From Candidatus Eiseniibacteriota bacterium (lineage in GTDB: Bacteria > Omnitrophota > Gorgyraeia > 2-02-FULL-51-18): a stretch of DNA of 64,000 bases. Position 1 is the stretch's first letter; each line of letters starts with the position of its first letter. Below, one piece after another: positions 1 through 12,900 of this stretch. Below the pieces are notes generated by a model, which was given only the letters and a program-made list of their open reading frames with translations, did not search any database and was not told where the DNA came from. The stretch covers positions 264-64,263 of the forward strand of contig DATJEK010000095.1 in NCBI GenBank assembly GCA_035496715.1, written 5' to 3'. A program made the translations under genes and the position numbers.

Positions 1-120
1 ATTGAAATGCAGCGACAGCGCCATGAAGAACGAGAGGTTGATGAAGAGCACGTCGATCAGCGCGATCATCTGGACGACCGGCAGCGGACGGACGTAATCG
101 CTCTGCTTGAAGCTGATCAT
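1..120 (-). CDS. ExbD/TolR-family biopolymer transport protein. N-terminal 40 codons only; the gene runs off the window start
   Basis: The reverse complement of 1-120 translates to MISFKQSDYVRPLPVVQMIALIDVLFINLSFFMALSLHFN. This matches the ExbD/TolR N-terminal TM-helix pattern (P..IDV.LVLL.IFM). The ATG (complement of 118-120) overlaps the upstream gene's stop in an ATGA arrangement, consistent with translational coupling. Confidence 0.6.
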   Translation of the reverse strand, partial: MISFKQSDYVRPLPVVQMIALIDVLFINLSFFMALSLHFN

Positions 121-836
121 CGGGCGAGCACCCGCGCGATCTCGGAGGAAAGGGCCTCGGCGGTCGTCGTGATGCGGCTGACGCGCCCGCGGAAATACGA
201 GTACGCGATGAGCGCCGGAACCGCGATCACCAGGCCGAACGCCGTGTTGATCATCGCCTTGGCGAGGCCCTGGGTGAGGACCGCGGGGTTCAGCGTGCCG
301 AGCTTGAAGTAGTTGAACGCGTCGATCATGCCCAGGATCGTGCCCAGGAGGCCGATCATCGGCGCGATCACGGCCATGTCGCCGAGATAGGTGAGGTTCT
401 GCCAGAGGCGTTCGATGCGGGCCTTGCCTTCGTACTGGATCGCCTCTTCGACGATGCCCTTGCCCTTGGCGGCTTTCTGCAGGCCCTTCTCGACGATCGC
501 CGAAATGAGGTTCGGCTGCTGACGGCAGACCGAGAGCGCCTTGTCATATTCTTTGCGCTCGATGAGAGACAGCAGGTTTTCGGTCATGTCCTGGGGGATC
601 AGCTTCTCCACGCGCACGTTCAGGAAGTGATAGATCACCACGGCCACGACGACCACCGAAAGCACGCCGAGGAAGTAGATGCACACGCCTCCGGAGGCGA
701 TGAGCTGGAGGAAGGTCATTTCCTTGTCGCCCGGACGCGCGGCGGCCGCGGCGGCGGCGTGCGCCGGCGCGCCGGACAGCAGCGCGAGGACGGCGGCGGA
801 ATACACCCAGGGACACTTGGCAGCGCGTTTATTCAT
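117..836 (-). CDS. MotA/TolQ/ExbB-family proton-channel protein (239 aa)
   Basis: ORF-track translation has an N-terminal signal/TM segment, three hydrophobic helices, and the family-typical motif IAPMIGLLGTILGMIDAFN in the C-terminal half. It is followed directly by the ExbD-like gene with a 4-nt ATGA overlap. Confidence 0.85.
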   Translation of the reverse strand: MNKRAAKCPWVYSAAVLALLSGAPAHAAAAAAARPGDKEMTFLQLIASGGVCIYFLGVLSVVVVAVVIYHFLNVRVEKLIPQDMTENLLSLIERKEYDKALSVCRQQPNLISAIVEKGLQKAAKGKGIVEEAIQYEGKARIERLWQNLTYLGDMAVIAPMIGLLGTILGMIDAFNYFKLGTLNPAVLTQGLAKAMINTAFGLVIAVPALIAYSYFRGRVSRITTTAEALSSEIARVLAR

Positions 837-841
837 GTCGT

Positions 842-846
842 CTCCT
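842..846 (-). promoter_or_regulatory. Shine-Dalgarno (AGGAG) for the ExbB-like gene, 5 nt upstream of its ATG
   Basis: Plus strand 837-848 reads gtcgtctcctaa. The reverse complement is ttAGGAGacgac immediately before the ATG at 834-836. Confidence 0.6.
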
Positions 847-927
847 AAGAAGTAACGGTCAGGTGGGTTCGAAATTTCCCCTATTGTATCAAATGAGGGG
901 GAGAAAAGGAAACCGAATCGGGACGCG

Positions 928-3900
928 TCAGGCGGCCTGCGCGGTCGCCGAGGCGGTGAGATAGAATTCGCGCAGCTTCCTCATATAGTCGATCGGGAGG
1001 ATCGGGTGGAAGATGAGGACGCCGTCGCGGAACGAGAGCCCGCGGGCGATCACGTCCTCCCATTTGCCCCCGGCGGCGAGGAGCCGGACGACCAGCTTGT
1101 CGAGCGTCAGCGTGAAATTCCCGCCCAGGTAAAGGAGGCCCAGGCCGCCGTCCCTCGCGGAGTCGCGGCGCAGGATGGGGCGCTCTTCGCTGTCCACGAA
1201 GAAGACGTGCTCCGGCGTATAGAGCCCGCCCAGCTTGGCGAAGGCGGTCGAAAGCGTCTCCCCCGCCTCGACGAAAACGACGTTGTCGCGGAATCGCTCC
1301 ATGAAATCCGCGTATCCCTGATCGCTCAGCCGGTCCATCAGCGTGCGGTCGAGCGAATCGAAATCCGCCCGCGTCATCGCGACGTAATCGCGGATCGCCC
1401 GTTTTCCGTCGGGACGCTTCAACTTTAAGTCTCTGTCTTTCAATGACTTAAGGAACAAAGGATCTTTCAGCACCGTCTCGAGCGACCAGACGGCCGCATA
1501 CGGGGCGCGGACGTCCAGCGTCACGTCGCCCAGACTGTCGCCGAAGCTCGGATGGAAGAGCCGGAATTTGAGCACCTCCCAGGCCTCCTGAGGATCGGCG
1601 AACGCGGCAAAATCGTCGACGTCCCGCGGCGCCATGCGCGGCAGGAGCCCGATGATCTGCCGGTAGACCGCTTCCTGGTCGGCCGCCGTGAGATCGGAGA
1701 ATTTCGTGTCGCCGTCGAGCAGCAGACGCAGCGAGCGGCGCGCCTCGAGGTCCGCGGCGTTGAGCGCGCGGAGGAAAGCGATCTTCGCCTGCCGGTTCAG
1801 GTCCTGGGCGTCGACGAAGAGCGTGAAAGCGCCCGTCTTCGCCGCCTCGGCTTCGAGCGCCGCCAGACGCGCCTCGGGCTCGAGACCGTCCGCGACGACG
1901 ACCACGCGGACGTCCGCCCGCGGCCCCATCGCCTCGAGAACATCCCGGCGGGCCTCTTCGGAACCGACGCCGACGACGACGGGAGTTTCAACCGGCGGCG
2001 CGCCGGCGCGCTCGCGACCTTGAAGGTCGCGCAGAGCCAGGCGCGCGCCGGGCGGGAGCTGAAGGCGGACAAAGGCCCCGCTCCCGTCCTTGGCCTGTTC
2101 GGCGAGGAAGAACGCCTTGACGCGGTCGAAGTAGTCGCGCCGCTCGGCGTCGAGTGTTTCGCCGAAATCGTAATAGACGGACGCCGGATCCGCGTACATC
2201 GCGAATCGGTCCGCGAACGCCTCTTCCTCCGGCCGGTCCCCGCGCTCGAGGCCCCCCTTCAACTCGTTCTTGAGCGCGATGATCGACTCGCCCCGGTCCT
2301 GGAAGCGCGTGAGCCACTCCTCGATGAGCGCCTGCGCGGCCGAACGGGAGGCCGGGTCCGCGTCCAGCTGGCCCTTGGCCTCCAGCACGATGAAGAGGGC
2401 CTCGCCGATCTCGTGGAGGACGCCCATCGCCATCGTGCGCCGGAGCGTCTGTTCGTCGGCGGGCGGCAGCGGCCGGGCGGCGAGGCGTCGCGCCAGGGCC
2501 TCGAGCTCGGCGATGCGGTCGTCGGTAAGGTTCGGGAAGCGGCTGCGGTCCCTGCGGACGTGCCGCATCAAATGCTCGGGGTACATGTCGCTCTGCATGG
2601 CTTCCGTCATCTCGGTCCCCGAGAAATCCGGCACGAGGATCTCGCTGCGCATCGCCCGCCGGCGGCCGTCGGACTCGTCGCGCGCGCCCTGGATATTGCG
2701 GACGATGTACTGGAATCCCTGCGCGCCGAGGTTCACCCGGGTGCGGACGAAGGCGACGCGCTCGAGCATGAATCCGAACCCGCCCGTCGTGAGCGTCGCC
2801 GCGACGGCCTCCAGGTCCGCGTCGGAGAGAATACGGCGGTACGACGGCAGCGGCCCGGCGAGCGAGGCCAGCTGTCCGGTCGGCTGCCCGCTCCCGGCGA
2901 GCCCCTGGATCAGCGTGTCGCCGAAAAGCTCGACCGAGGACTTGAACGCCCAGCGGCCCTCGCGGACCTGCGTCATCGGCACGGACGCCGGGGCGGGCGC
3001 CTTGGGCGCGAACGCTTTCTTCACGGCGCGCGCGACGGTCTGCACGACGAATTTATTGGAGGCGTTGCGCTTGATGTCGCCCTTCGTGAGATGCGGCATC
3101 CGCGCCTCCTTCTTGATCTCCGCGAGCTTCACGGTTCCCAGCGCGGCGACGGCTTCGAGGAGCTCCCGGCCCTTCTTGGGCGTGAAATTCTTGAGCACGT
3201 CGTCGGCCACCTCGGTGATCGACGCGAGCCTCGCGCCGTAGGCGGCGAGCCTCACGGTCCACGCGCTCAGGCGCGTGAACTGCGCGTCGACGAGCGAGAG
3301 CTCGGGATCGAGGCCGTTTTTCACGGCGATCCCGCGCGCCCGGTCGAGCGCGTTGATGGCCTGGGCGTAGCGCGAAGCGGCCTCGGCGAGTTTTTCCTCC
3401 GCGATGAGCGCTTCCATGCGGTCGACGATCTCGCGCCCGCGCGCGTAAGCGTCGGCGAATTTCGCCTGCTCGACCGACTTGGGGCCCGTGAGGCGCTCCA
3501 CCTCTTTCCTCACCGCCGGCAGGGCGAGCTCGCGGTCGAGCGAGCGCACGGGGATCCCCGCGCGGCGGGCGAGCTCCTCGTTGCCGGTCAGGGTCTTGCC
3601 GTTCAGGGAGCCGGCGAAGACCGCGTCGCGGCGGAGCGCGTTGAAGATGCGCGCGGCGGCGAGGCTGATCAGATACCGGTCGAGAAGCGCTCGGAAACCC
3701 GGGTCCACGCGGCGGTAACGCTGGATCCCGGTCGAGTCGATGCCGGCGGCGGTCGCGATGCCGTTCACGCCCTTCATCAGCACGGGCTTCGACTCCGGCG
3801 CCTGCCGCGAAGCGATCCACGCGCGCTTGGCGGCATTCAAGATGCGGGCCTGCGGTTCGGAAATTTCAAAAGATTCGATCGGAAACGGCTTGAGCTTCCT

Positions 3901-6900
3901 GAGGCGCGCGAGTTCCTTCTCGTCGAACATGAGCGGCCCGTAAACGGCCGAGAATTCGGCGCGCACGGCCGCGTCGCCGCGCAGTCGGTCGAGCACCGTC
4001 TCGTCCGCGACCCCGGCGGCGGCGGCGACCGTCTGGCGCGTGAAAACGGGGTATTCCGCCTCGGGCGACGAGACGGCGGCGGCCGCGCGCAGGCGCGTCA
4101 CGCGGGTCGAATTCAAAATCGCGGCCGTCCACTCGTCCATCAGGGCGCCCCGCACGGCGAGCCTCACGGAAGCGTTTTCGGCCACCCGGCGCGCGAGCAG
4201 GTGACGATTGACGGAAACCCCGTCGGCCTTCAGCTCGGCGACGATGGTTTCGTAAACCACTTCCCGGACGACGGCGCCGGAGCGGTTGGCGCGGCGCAGG
4301 CCGTCGGCCGCCCGGAGGATGGCCGCGTCGAGCTCGCCGAGCCGCGGGGCGCGGGCGCGCGCCAGGATCCCCGCGCGGTCGGCCTCGGCGATCCGCTCGA
4401 GCCGGGCGACGCGTTCGCGGACCGGCTCGCTGTCGTCGAAATGGACTCGGAACGTCTGCTTCGAGATCTCGAGGCGGCGGTTCAGGCGGTACCCGCGGAC
4501 CGGATAGAACCGCTTCGACGGATCGACTTCGAATTCGCCGATGAGGGCGTCGAGCCTCTGCAGGATCTTCGCGCGGACCGCGGGATTGCCGGCGAGCCGG
4601 GCGCCCTGGCCGAACGCGGGGAGCTCGAAGAGCCGGTTCAGGAGTCCGTCGCTGAGATGCCGGTCTCCGGAGGCGTGGATGTCCGAGGCGGCGACGGCCA
4701 GGAAAACGGTCTTCATCTCCTCGGCGAACGCCGCGCGCTCCGTCTCGGCGAGGATGCCGCGCCGCACGAGCCCGCGCGACCAGTCCCCGATCGGGTCGCG
4801 TCCCGTGAGAAAGCGCGGCTTCTCCTGCTTCCAGCCGTCGGTCAGAAGCCAGGGATCGGTGTGTCCGAGCACGACTTTCGAGACCGCCTCCTGCACGAGC
4901 TGTCCCTCCCCCGCCGCGTGGAGCAGCGCCGGCGCGATCTCCGAGCCGTAAAGCTGGTGGGAGCCTCCTCCCAGATCCGTCGCGTAGCCGATGTCGTGAA
5001 ACGCGTTCGCGTACACGAGGATGCGCCGGCCGCGCTCGCTCAGCGCGCCGATGCGGACGATCAGCGCCTCGAGCCTGCGCTGGTCGCGGACCGCGCCGAA
5101 CTCGTCGAGCGCGAGGAAACCGCTCAAGTCGCCGGCCAGGAGCGCGTCCATCGCGCGCGCGTCGATTTGCAGGTGCTCGGAGCGCGTGCGCCGGCGGCCG
5201 ACCTGCCGCCCCTCGGCGTCGCGCATCGGCCACGATCCCTGGGCGGGGTTCTTCGTGTCGAACGCCTCGAGCGGGAACCCCTGCTCGGCCAGCGACAGAA
5301 GATAGGTCTCGGCGGGAGCCGGGGAGGCGAAAGCCTCGCCGGACGACGGCGTCCCCTGCGGGGCCGGCGGAAAGAAGGGCCGCGCCAGCTCCTCCATCTC
5401 CTCCCGCCCGGGCGTCAGGAAGGTGCGCCGGCTCGGGAGGTAGTCGGAGAGCTTGGAGGTGAAGCCGAGGCGCCGGCCGATCGCGCGGGCGATCGCCAGC
5501 GCGTAGTAACGGATCTTGTCGAGCGCGCGCTCGAAGCGGCTTTCGGTGTGCACCTTGAGATTCGCGGGGAGGAACGAATTGTCGCCGAAGACGAGCAGTT
5601 TCCAGCGCCGTTCGGCGGGCTCCCACGCGAGCACGGTCACGCTCGCGTTCCGGGGGTTGAGCAGCGCCTCGTACATCGGTTTGTATTTCCGGGACGGGAT
5701 CTGGAGCGCCGTCATGACCGCCAGGAGAATCGTCATCCCGTGGGAGCCCACGAGCACGTTCTCGTCGTTCGAACGCGTGACCGCGTCGAGCCATGCCGCG
5801 AGCCCTTCGCGGAAGCGGCGCCCGGAATAGAGTCCGTTCACCTCGTACGCGTCCGGATCGCGCGTGAAGCGGGCCATCCATCCCGGGAAGAGATCGATGC
5901 CGCTCGACACCGGCACGCCGCCGATCGGCTGGATGAGCACCTCGCGGAATTCCTTCAGCATCTCGGGCGCGCGGCCGGAGAGCCCGGCGTAGGCGCCGAC
6001 GGTCTCGTAGGCGCGTTCGAGATCGCTAGAGACGATGCGGTCGAACCGGGGGCCCGCGGCCTTCAGGAACTCCGCCAGCGCGCGCGCCTGCCGGCGGCCG
6101 CGCATCGTCAGCGGCGAGTACGCGTCGTGCGACTGCACGAAGCGGAAAAGGTTCGAGACCGACTCGCCGTGGCGCGCGAGCACGACGACCTTCGCGTCCG
6201 GATGTTCGGCGCGCCAGGCGTCGAACCCTCCGAAAAACCCGGCGGCCGTTTCGAAAACCGGCCGGAGGCGCTGCTTCTCCGACTCGTCGAGCGCGGAGAC
6301 CGCCAGGCGGGCGCCCGCGTTCTCGCCGAGCAGGCGTTCGCGGAGCAGGCCCTCGAGGAACCGCCCGCTCCCGTCCAGGTTGAGGGCCGCGCGCGTCCAG
6401 CGGTATTCGTCGCGGTCCTCGAAATAGAAAGGCTCGAGGCCGTTGCGGATCAGCAGGTAATTCATCATGAACCACGCCAGGCGGTGATGGCCTTCGGCCG
6501 CGTGGGAGCTCTCAAAAATCTTGTCCTGGCGGGACGCGCGCACCCGGGTGAAACCGGGCAGCTCGGCGAGCAGCTGGTGGACGCTGATCACGGCGTACAG
6601 GGCGGCGGCGGCGCGGACCGTCTCGGCAGGCGACGCGAAGCGACGGTTGGCGGCCCTCAGCACGTCCGGCCACACCTCGGCGAGCGACGCCAGACGCCGG
6701 GCGCGTTCGGCGGGCGTGTAGGCGGCGTTGCGCCGGTCCCCGCGGAACAATTCGTAGAGCGTCACGACCTTCTCCCAGGTCAGCGGCGCGACCGGGTCGA
6801 CCTCCCGGTTGAAATAACGGATCGCGTTCCTGAAATCCGCGTCATCGATCAGCCGGCCCGCTTTCGCCGGGTCCAGAGCCAGCCGCGCCCCCAGGGCTTC

Positions 6901-9900
6901 GAGGGGCAGACGCGCGCCGTGGTCGTGCTCGTGGTCATGATCGTGGTCATGGAAGGCGGGCGGCTCCGCGTCCGGTCCGTGCTGCGCGCGGTAGAGCGCG
7001 CGGCGGATCCTCCACTGCACCCACGTGTAGAGCGACGGGAAATAACCCAGGAAGAAATGGAACACGGCGTTCAGGCGGAAAGACTCGCTCGCCATCACGC
7101 CGCCCCGCACCTCGGTGCCGTTCACCTGCAGGGCCCCCGAATAGCCTTCCTTGCGGGCGCCGTAGACGACCCGCGCCAGGCCCAGACGCGCGAGCATCCT
7201 CGTGCACTTGGCGCACGGCTCGAGCGTCACGTAGAGCGTCGTGCCCTTGATCGCGTCGGCGAGGCTCGCGTCGAGCGCGACGAAATCGTTCGCCACGCTG
7301 TCGAAGAGGCGTTCATAGGCCTCGGAGTCGTCGAGATACCGGGCGGACTGGGCGCGCACCGACGCCAGGCGCGCCAGCGCCTCGTCGCGAACCGACGGCG
7401 CGATCGGAGCGGTGCGGGCGATCCGTTCGAACGCGTCGAGAAACGCGAAATGCTCGGCGTGGAGCTGGTTCTTCGCCTTGTTGTACCCGCGGCCGATGAT
7501 CACGCCGTCCCTGACGACGACCGCGCCGACCCGGGCCGAGAAAATGCTCCGCTCCTTCTGCGATTTCCTCGCCTCCTTCATCGCCTCTTTCATGAAGAAA
7601 CGGTCCGGATCCGCGGCGTCGGAGAGCCGCGCGCCCGACGGAGGCAGGAATTCGGGATACGCGGCCATGAGCGAGCGGACGGAGCCGTCGAGCTCGTCCT
7701 GGATCGCGTAAAGCGGCGAACGCGTCCGCTCTTCCTTGAGTTTATGGCCCGCCTTCAGGTCCTTGGCGTCGGCGAACTGGATCCAGAAGCGGCTCTGCTC
7801 GGGGCTCAGGGTCGTCCAGAATTCGAGCGCCGTGCCCGCGTCGAAGGTCGCCAAGGGCACGCCGAGCTTCCTCATGCCCTCCCGCACGGCCGCGCGGAGC
7901 GCTCCCCAGGCGGCGCGTCCGCGATCGCCGCTCTCGCCTTCGGCGAGCGACGCCAGATAGGCGCGGTAGCCCCAGTAGGACAGGTCGATCCAGCGGCGGT
8001 GGTTGTCCGCGACGTCCCCGTGGATGCCGGCGAAATGCCAGTCGGGGTTCGTGACGAGGTTGCCGAAGCGGAGCTCCAGGCGGTCGCGTTTCCGGGCCGG
8101 ATCCGACGGGTCCTGCGCCTCGTCGTTTTTCCGGAACGGGACGAGCATCTTGGCGAGGAAGAGCCTCGCATTGCCCGTGAAGAGGATCGCCGTCAGCACC
8201 GAAAGCGTCTTTCCGACCTCGGCCACGCGGGAGTCGGCGATCCCTTCCGGAAGCAGGAGATTCAGGTGCAAGGAATACGCGCCGCCTTTTTTCCCGTCCG
8301 CGACCCACGGGCCGGTCTGCGCTTCCCTGCCGGGATACGCGGCGAGCGTGGCGTGATCGGGCAGATAGCCGAATTTTCTCAGGAAGCGGTAAATCGCCTC
8401 CTGGTCGCGGGGATCCTCGGAATACGGCAGCGCGTATTCCACGATGCCGCCGTAGCCCAGCGGGATCCCGGCGACGGCCGCGAACGCCTTCGCGTCGGAC
8501 GCATTGAAAACGTCGACGTGGTGCCGCCAGACCTCGACCTCGGTGCCGGCCGTCAGATCCGTCTTCCGCTGGGAGTCGTCTCTCGCGCGGGCCGCGTAAT
8601 CGGCCTTGAGTTTCTCCGTGACGGCGGCCGCGTCGAGGCCGGACCGGAAGCCCTCGCCGCCGTCCATGAGGAACCGCACGCGCGCGGCGGGATACAGGCT
8701 CCGGTAGAGCGACGCGAGCGTCTCGTCGCGGGCCAGGAGCGCGCGGGTCAGGAGGATCATGAGACGCGCCTTTGAATTCGCCCGGAGCCTCTCCTCGAGC
8801 GGCACGGCGTCGGGACGGCCGGCCTCTTTCTCGAGCGCGGCCGCCAGGATCGGGAACACCCGCTCGTCCCGGGCGGCGGCGTGGAGGATCAGTTTGGCGA
8901 CGTTTTCCGTCCGCTCCGACTGGCGCAGGGTCGCGAACGCCTCCACGAGCCCGGCCAGCTCCTCCGCGGAGGGCCGCGGGCCCTGGGCGTACGCCGCGAT
9001 CACGAGTTTTTCGAGCTCTTCGAGGCGCGCCGGGACGTCCTTCACGGGACCGTCCCAGTACACTTCGTCGGCCGCGAGGGCGAAGCGCTCGAGGCCGTCG
9101 GCCAGCGTCGAGGAGGCGAGCCTGGCGCCCCGGCTTTCGGCCGAGGGCCGGCGGAAGCCGGCGATGAGCATTTTTTTGATCTCGGCCGTCTCCGAAGGTT
9201 CTTTGTAAAGGCCGGCCAGCGCGTGAAAGAGCGTCCTCACGTACTCCGGGTCCGCCTCGTAGTCCACCGCCAGGTCCTGGACGCTCGCGAACCGGGCATT
9301 CAGCTCGGCGGCCGTCTCCTGCGCGAGGCCGCGGCCGAAATCGGCTTCGAACTTCTTGAGCAGGTCGTCCATCGCCCCCGCCAGCGACACGGCGCGGTCG
9401 TAGGTCAGCCCGAGCGTTTCGAAATAGACGTAAAGGGAGTTTTTCCGCGCGGCCGTGCGGGCGAAACCGCCGGTGACGTTGGCCGACTCGCCGGGCATCA
9501 GGATCGACAGGAGCGTCCGGCGGGCCTCTTCTTCGAAGTGCGGCGCTTCCCCGTTGGCGCCCTCGGCCATCCGGTGATAAACCAGGGCCGTGTTGCGGAG
9601 CATCGTGATCGGGAGGAGCCCACCCTCCTCGGCGGACAGGCCGAAATAATTGACGGCCTTGGTGAAGTGAAGCCTCGCCGCGGCGAGATCCTTGCCGTCG
9701 AAGAAATACATGGAGGCGAGCGTGTATTCGCGGCGCCCGAGGTCGATGAGGTCCGCCTGGACGTTGTAGAGATGTCCGGTGCGCTCGCGGTTGCGCTCCG
9801 CCTCGACCACCAGGCGCTCGACCCGGACCGATTCCCGTTCGATGACGGCCTCGAGCGCGCGGATCTCGTCCGCGAAGTCGGTATGCGTCTCGCGCAGCGC

Positions 9901-12900
9901 CCACTCCACCCACTCGCGCACGAGCGGCTCGGCCTCGCTCGGGTCGAAATAGGCTTCCTTGAGGCGCGACACCGCCTCGGGCCCGCCGAGGCGGCCCAGC
10001 GTCCGCGCGGCGTTGGCGCGCACGCGGTAGTACTCGGAGGAGCCGGACAGGAGCAGCCGGCCCATCAGCGCGACGAGCTCGCGCGCCTCCGCCGGTTCGA
10101 GCATCTGCACGGGGATGCTTCCGAGGCGGTAGGCCGCCGCGCGCCGGGTGGTCTGGTCCCGCGAAGACAGCTCCTGTTTCAGCTGTTTCAAATCCCTGAG
10201 ATAGAGCTCGCCGTTGGCGTAGTCGAAGACCGCGATCTTCCGGGCGAGGGCGTCGTTCGTGTTCTTGGTCAGAAGGTATTCGTAGCGCGCCTTGAGAGGG
10301 CCGGAGAACTCGGAGGAGATGAGACGGTTGAGATGCCGGAGCTCCTCGAGGTTCATCCTCGAGACCACTTCGGCGAACTCCGACGGGTGGCGACCCTCCC
10401 TTTCGAGCGTCTCGAACACTTCCAGCAGATTCGAGAGCGTCCTCTCGTTGATGCGGCTTCTCAGCTGGGACTTGCCGAGATGGGCCGGCGGGATGCCGTA
10501 CACGTCGATCAGGGTTTCCTGCCGGGCGATCGTCGCGCGGGCGATGTTGATCGTCGAATACGGGATGAAGAGGATCTTCTCGCGTTTCATGAGCTCCACC
10601 GCCCGCGTGGTGACCGCGTTCGCGGACGCTTCTATGACGATCTCGCCGCGGAAACGACGCACGCTGTCTTCGTCGAACGTGTGAGGGGCCGTGTCGACGA
10701 CCAGCGCGTTGGCGTCCTCGAACTCCTGCGGCAGGAGCGGCTCCGATCTCTCCACGCGCCGGACCTCCGCGCGCTCGGGCAGGTGGTTCATCTCCACGAT
10801 CTGGTCGAACGGCATGCCGTTGACGAGCTTCGCGTTCACCCGTCTCAGGACGGGCCACGACAGCGGCTGCTGGCTCTCGAGGACGGTTCCCGCTTCCTGA
10901 ATGCCGTGGATCTCGACGCCCGTGTCGAACGCGTAACCGTCCATCAGGCTCGTCGTCGCGGTCACGCTCTTGATGCTGTACCCGAGGAAGGCCACGCGAA
11001 GCCGGCGGCCTTCCATGAAGAGCTTCCCGTCCCCGCGGAGGTAGGGGCTCTTCGCCAGGAACGCCAGCGCCGCGGCCATCCCGTCGCCCAGGCTCGTCAT
11101 GTAACGCGGGAGGCCCCCGCTGCTTTCGGAAACGCCGACCACCGGATGCGAAACGCCGCCTCGCGCGCGGCCGCGCTTCACGACGCGGAGAATGGCGTCC
11201 ATGTCCTGGATTTCCAGCCCCTGGCCGGGGCCCACGATCAGGTGCCGGCCCAGGACGCCCTGTTTTCTCATGGTTTCCGTCCAGCGAGCCAGCACGCGCG
11301 TCTTGTCCGCTCCGGGCGAGGCGACGATCTGCATCTGGGCGCCGTCCAGGAAGCTCGAACCCCTCCTCAGGTCGTCGGCGGTGTGAGCCAAAAGCGGCAC
11401 GAAAGTCAGGTCCGCGGCGCGCGCCCGCCGTTCGGCGTCGTCGGCGGGGGCGAAATAATCGAGCGGGCCGTCCGCGATGATGAGGTTCGCCGGCTGGCCG
11501 GCGCCGTAGATCGCCACCAGCGACTCGAACCCGTCCTTGTCGTCCGCGGCGGCGGGCGAACGCGAAAGATAATAGATCCTCCAGGGCATTTCGGCCGGGC
11601 GGCGTTCGGGCGCGATGCCCTGCATGAATTCCGCCGGGTCGAGCGAGACGAAGGAAACGGCGCCCGCCGTTCGGGGCAGGAAGGACTCGCTCCGGACGAT
11701 CAGTTTCCGCAGGTCGGCTCCCGGCAGGAGGGCGCGAAGATTTTCCTCGGCGGAGAGACGCGCGCCCGCCGGAGCCTCTTCACCGGCCGGAGGAACTTCC
11801 TCGTCCGCCGCCGTCGCTTCGGACGGGCCGGCCCCGCGGGTGCGCGCGCGCATGCCCACCGTCTGGAAGGTTTCGGGACTGCCCGAGAGCTTGAGCCGCT
11901 TGAACAGGTTCCGCACGTCGACCGCCGTGAAGCGGCCCTCCGAGATCGCGGCGATTTCGTCCGGCGCGGGACGCTGGTCTTCGTGCGCGGCGCGGTAGCG
12001 GGCCACGAGCGCTTTCAGGTCGGCCAGCAGCTCGGCGTCGGGACGCGCCCCCGCGGGGACCGGCCTGGCCGTGCGGCCTTCGACCCGGATGCCCACCGTT
12101 TCGTAGGTCTCGGGGCTGGCGGCCCTCTTCAGTTTCCCGAACAGCGAGCGGATGTCCGCCGCGCTGAACCGGTCTTCCGAATGCTCGGCCAGCTCGTTGG
12201 GCGTCGGCAGCGGTCCGTGCGCGGCTCTCCAGGAGAACACGAGGTCCGCCGTCTGGTTGGCCGAAGGCTCGTAACCGTTGGCGGTCCGGAACTGCTCGAC
12301 CATCCCGATCACGGTCTCGACGTCGGGGTGCTCGGCGTGTTCGGCGCGGTAATCGGCGACGAGGGTCTTGATCTCGGCCAGCGTCTCCGCGGGCGTCTGG
12401 GTCGCGGGCTTGATGCCGAGCTCCTGGTACGTGACCGGCTTGCTCGCCTTCTTGAGCTTGTAAAGCAGGTTGTAGATGAGGCTCTTGGTGAACTGGCCGT
12501 CCGAAGCGGCGGCGACCTGGTCGATCGAGGGCTGGGAGCCGGCGGCGAACTTCGTGGCGATGATCGCCTTCAGGTCGACCAGGAGCTCGTCGATGGATTT
12601 GTATTCCGAGACGACGCCGGGCGCGTCCGCGTCGTACGGGATGCCGTGGAAGTCCATGTTGAGCCGGATCGTGTGCGCGTCGACCGCGCCGTCGGACTGC
12701 GCGGCGACGTTGTTGGCCGTGGGCCGGGTGCCGGGGGGCACTTTCTTCACCAGTTTCGACAGGTACTCGATCCATTCCTCCTTCGTGCGGCGCGTTTTCA
12801 GGACGTACGTGGGTCCGTCGCCGTCGGCCGTGAACGGGATCGACTCGTAGTCGAACGCGGCGTAAATCTGGCGCACGGAGAGGGGGCTCGCGAACGCCCG

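Noticed and set aside
837-927. Possible intrinsic terminator after giant gene 1 (CCCCU-13 nt-AGGGG stem)
   Set aside because: No downstream U-tract. The short stem and long loop make this more likely read-through into exbB.
5900-6600. Fic/Doc-like stretch in protein 1 (AWFMMNYLLIRNGLEPFYF)
   Set aside because: Lacks the defining HPFx[D/E]GNGR motif. The resemblance is limited to a hydrophobic helix.
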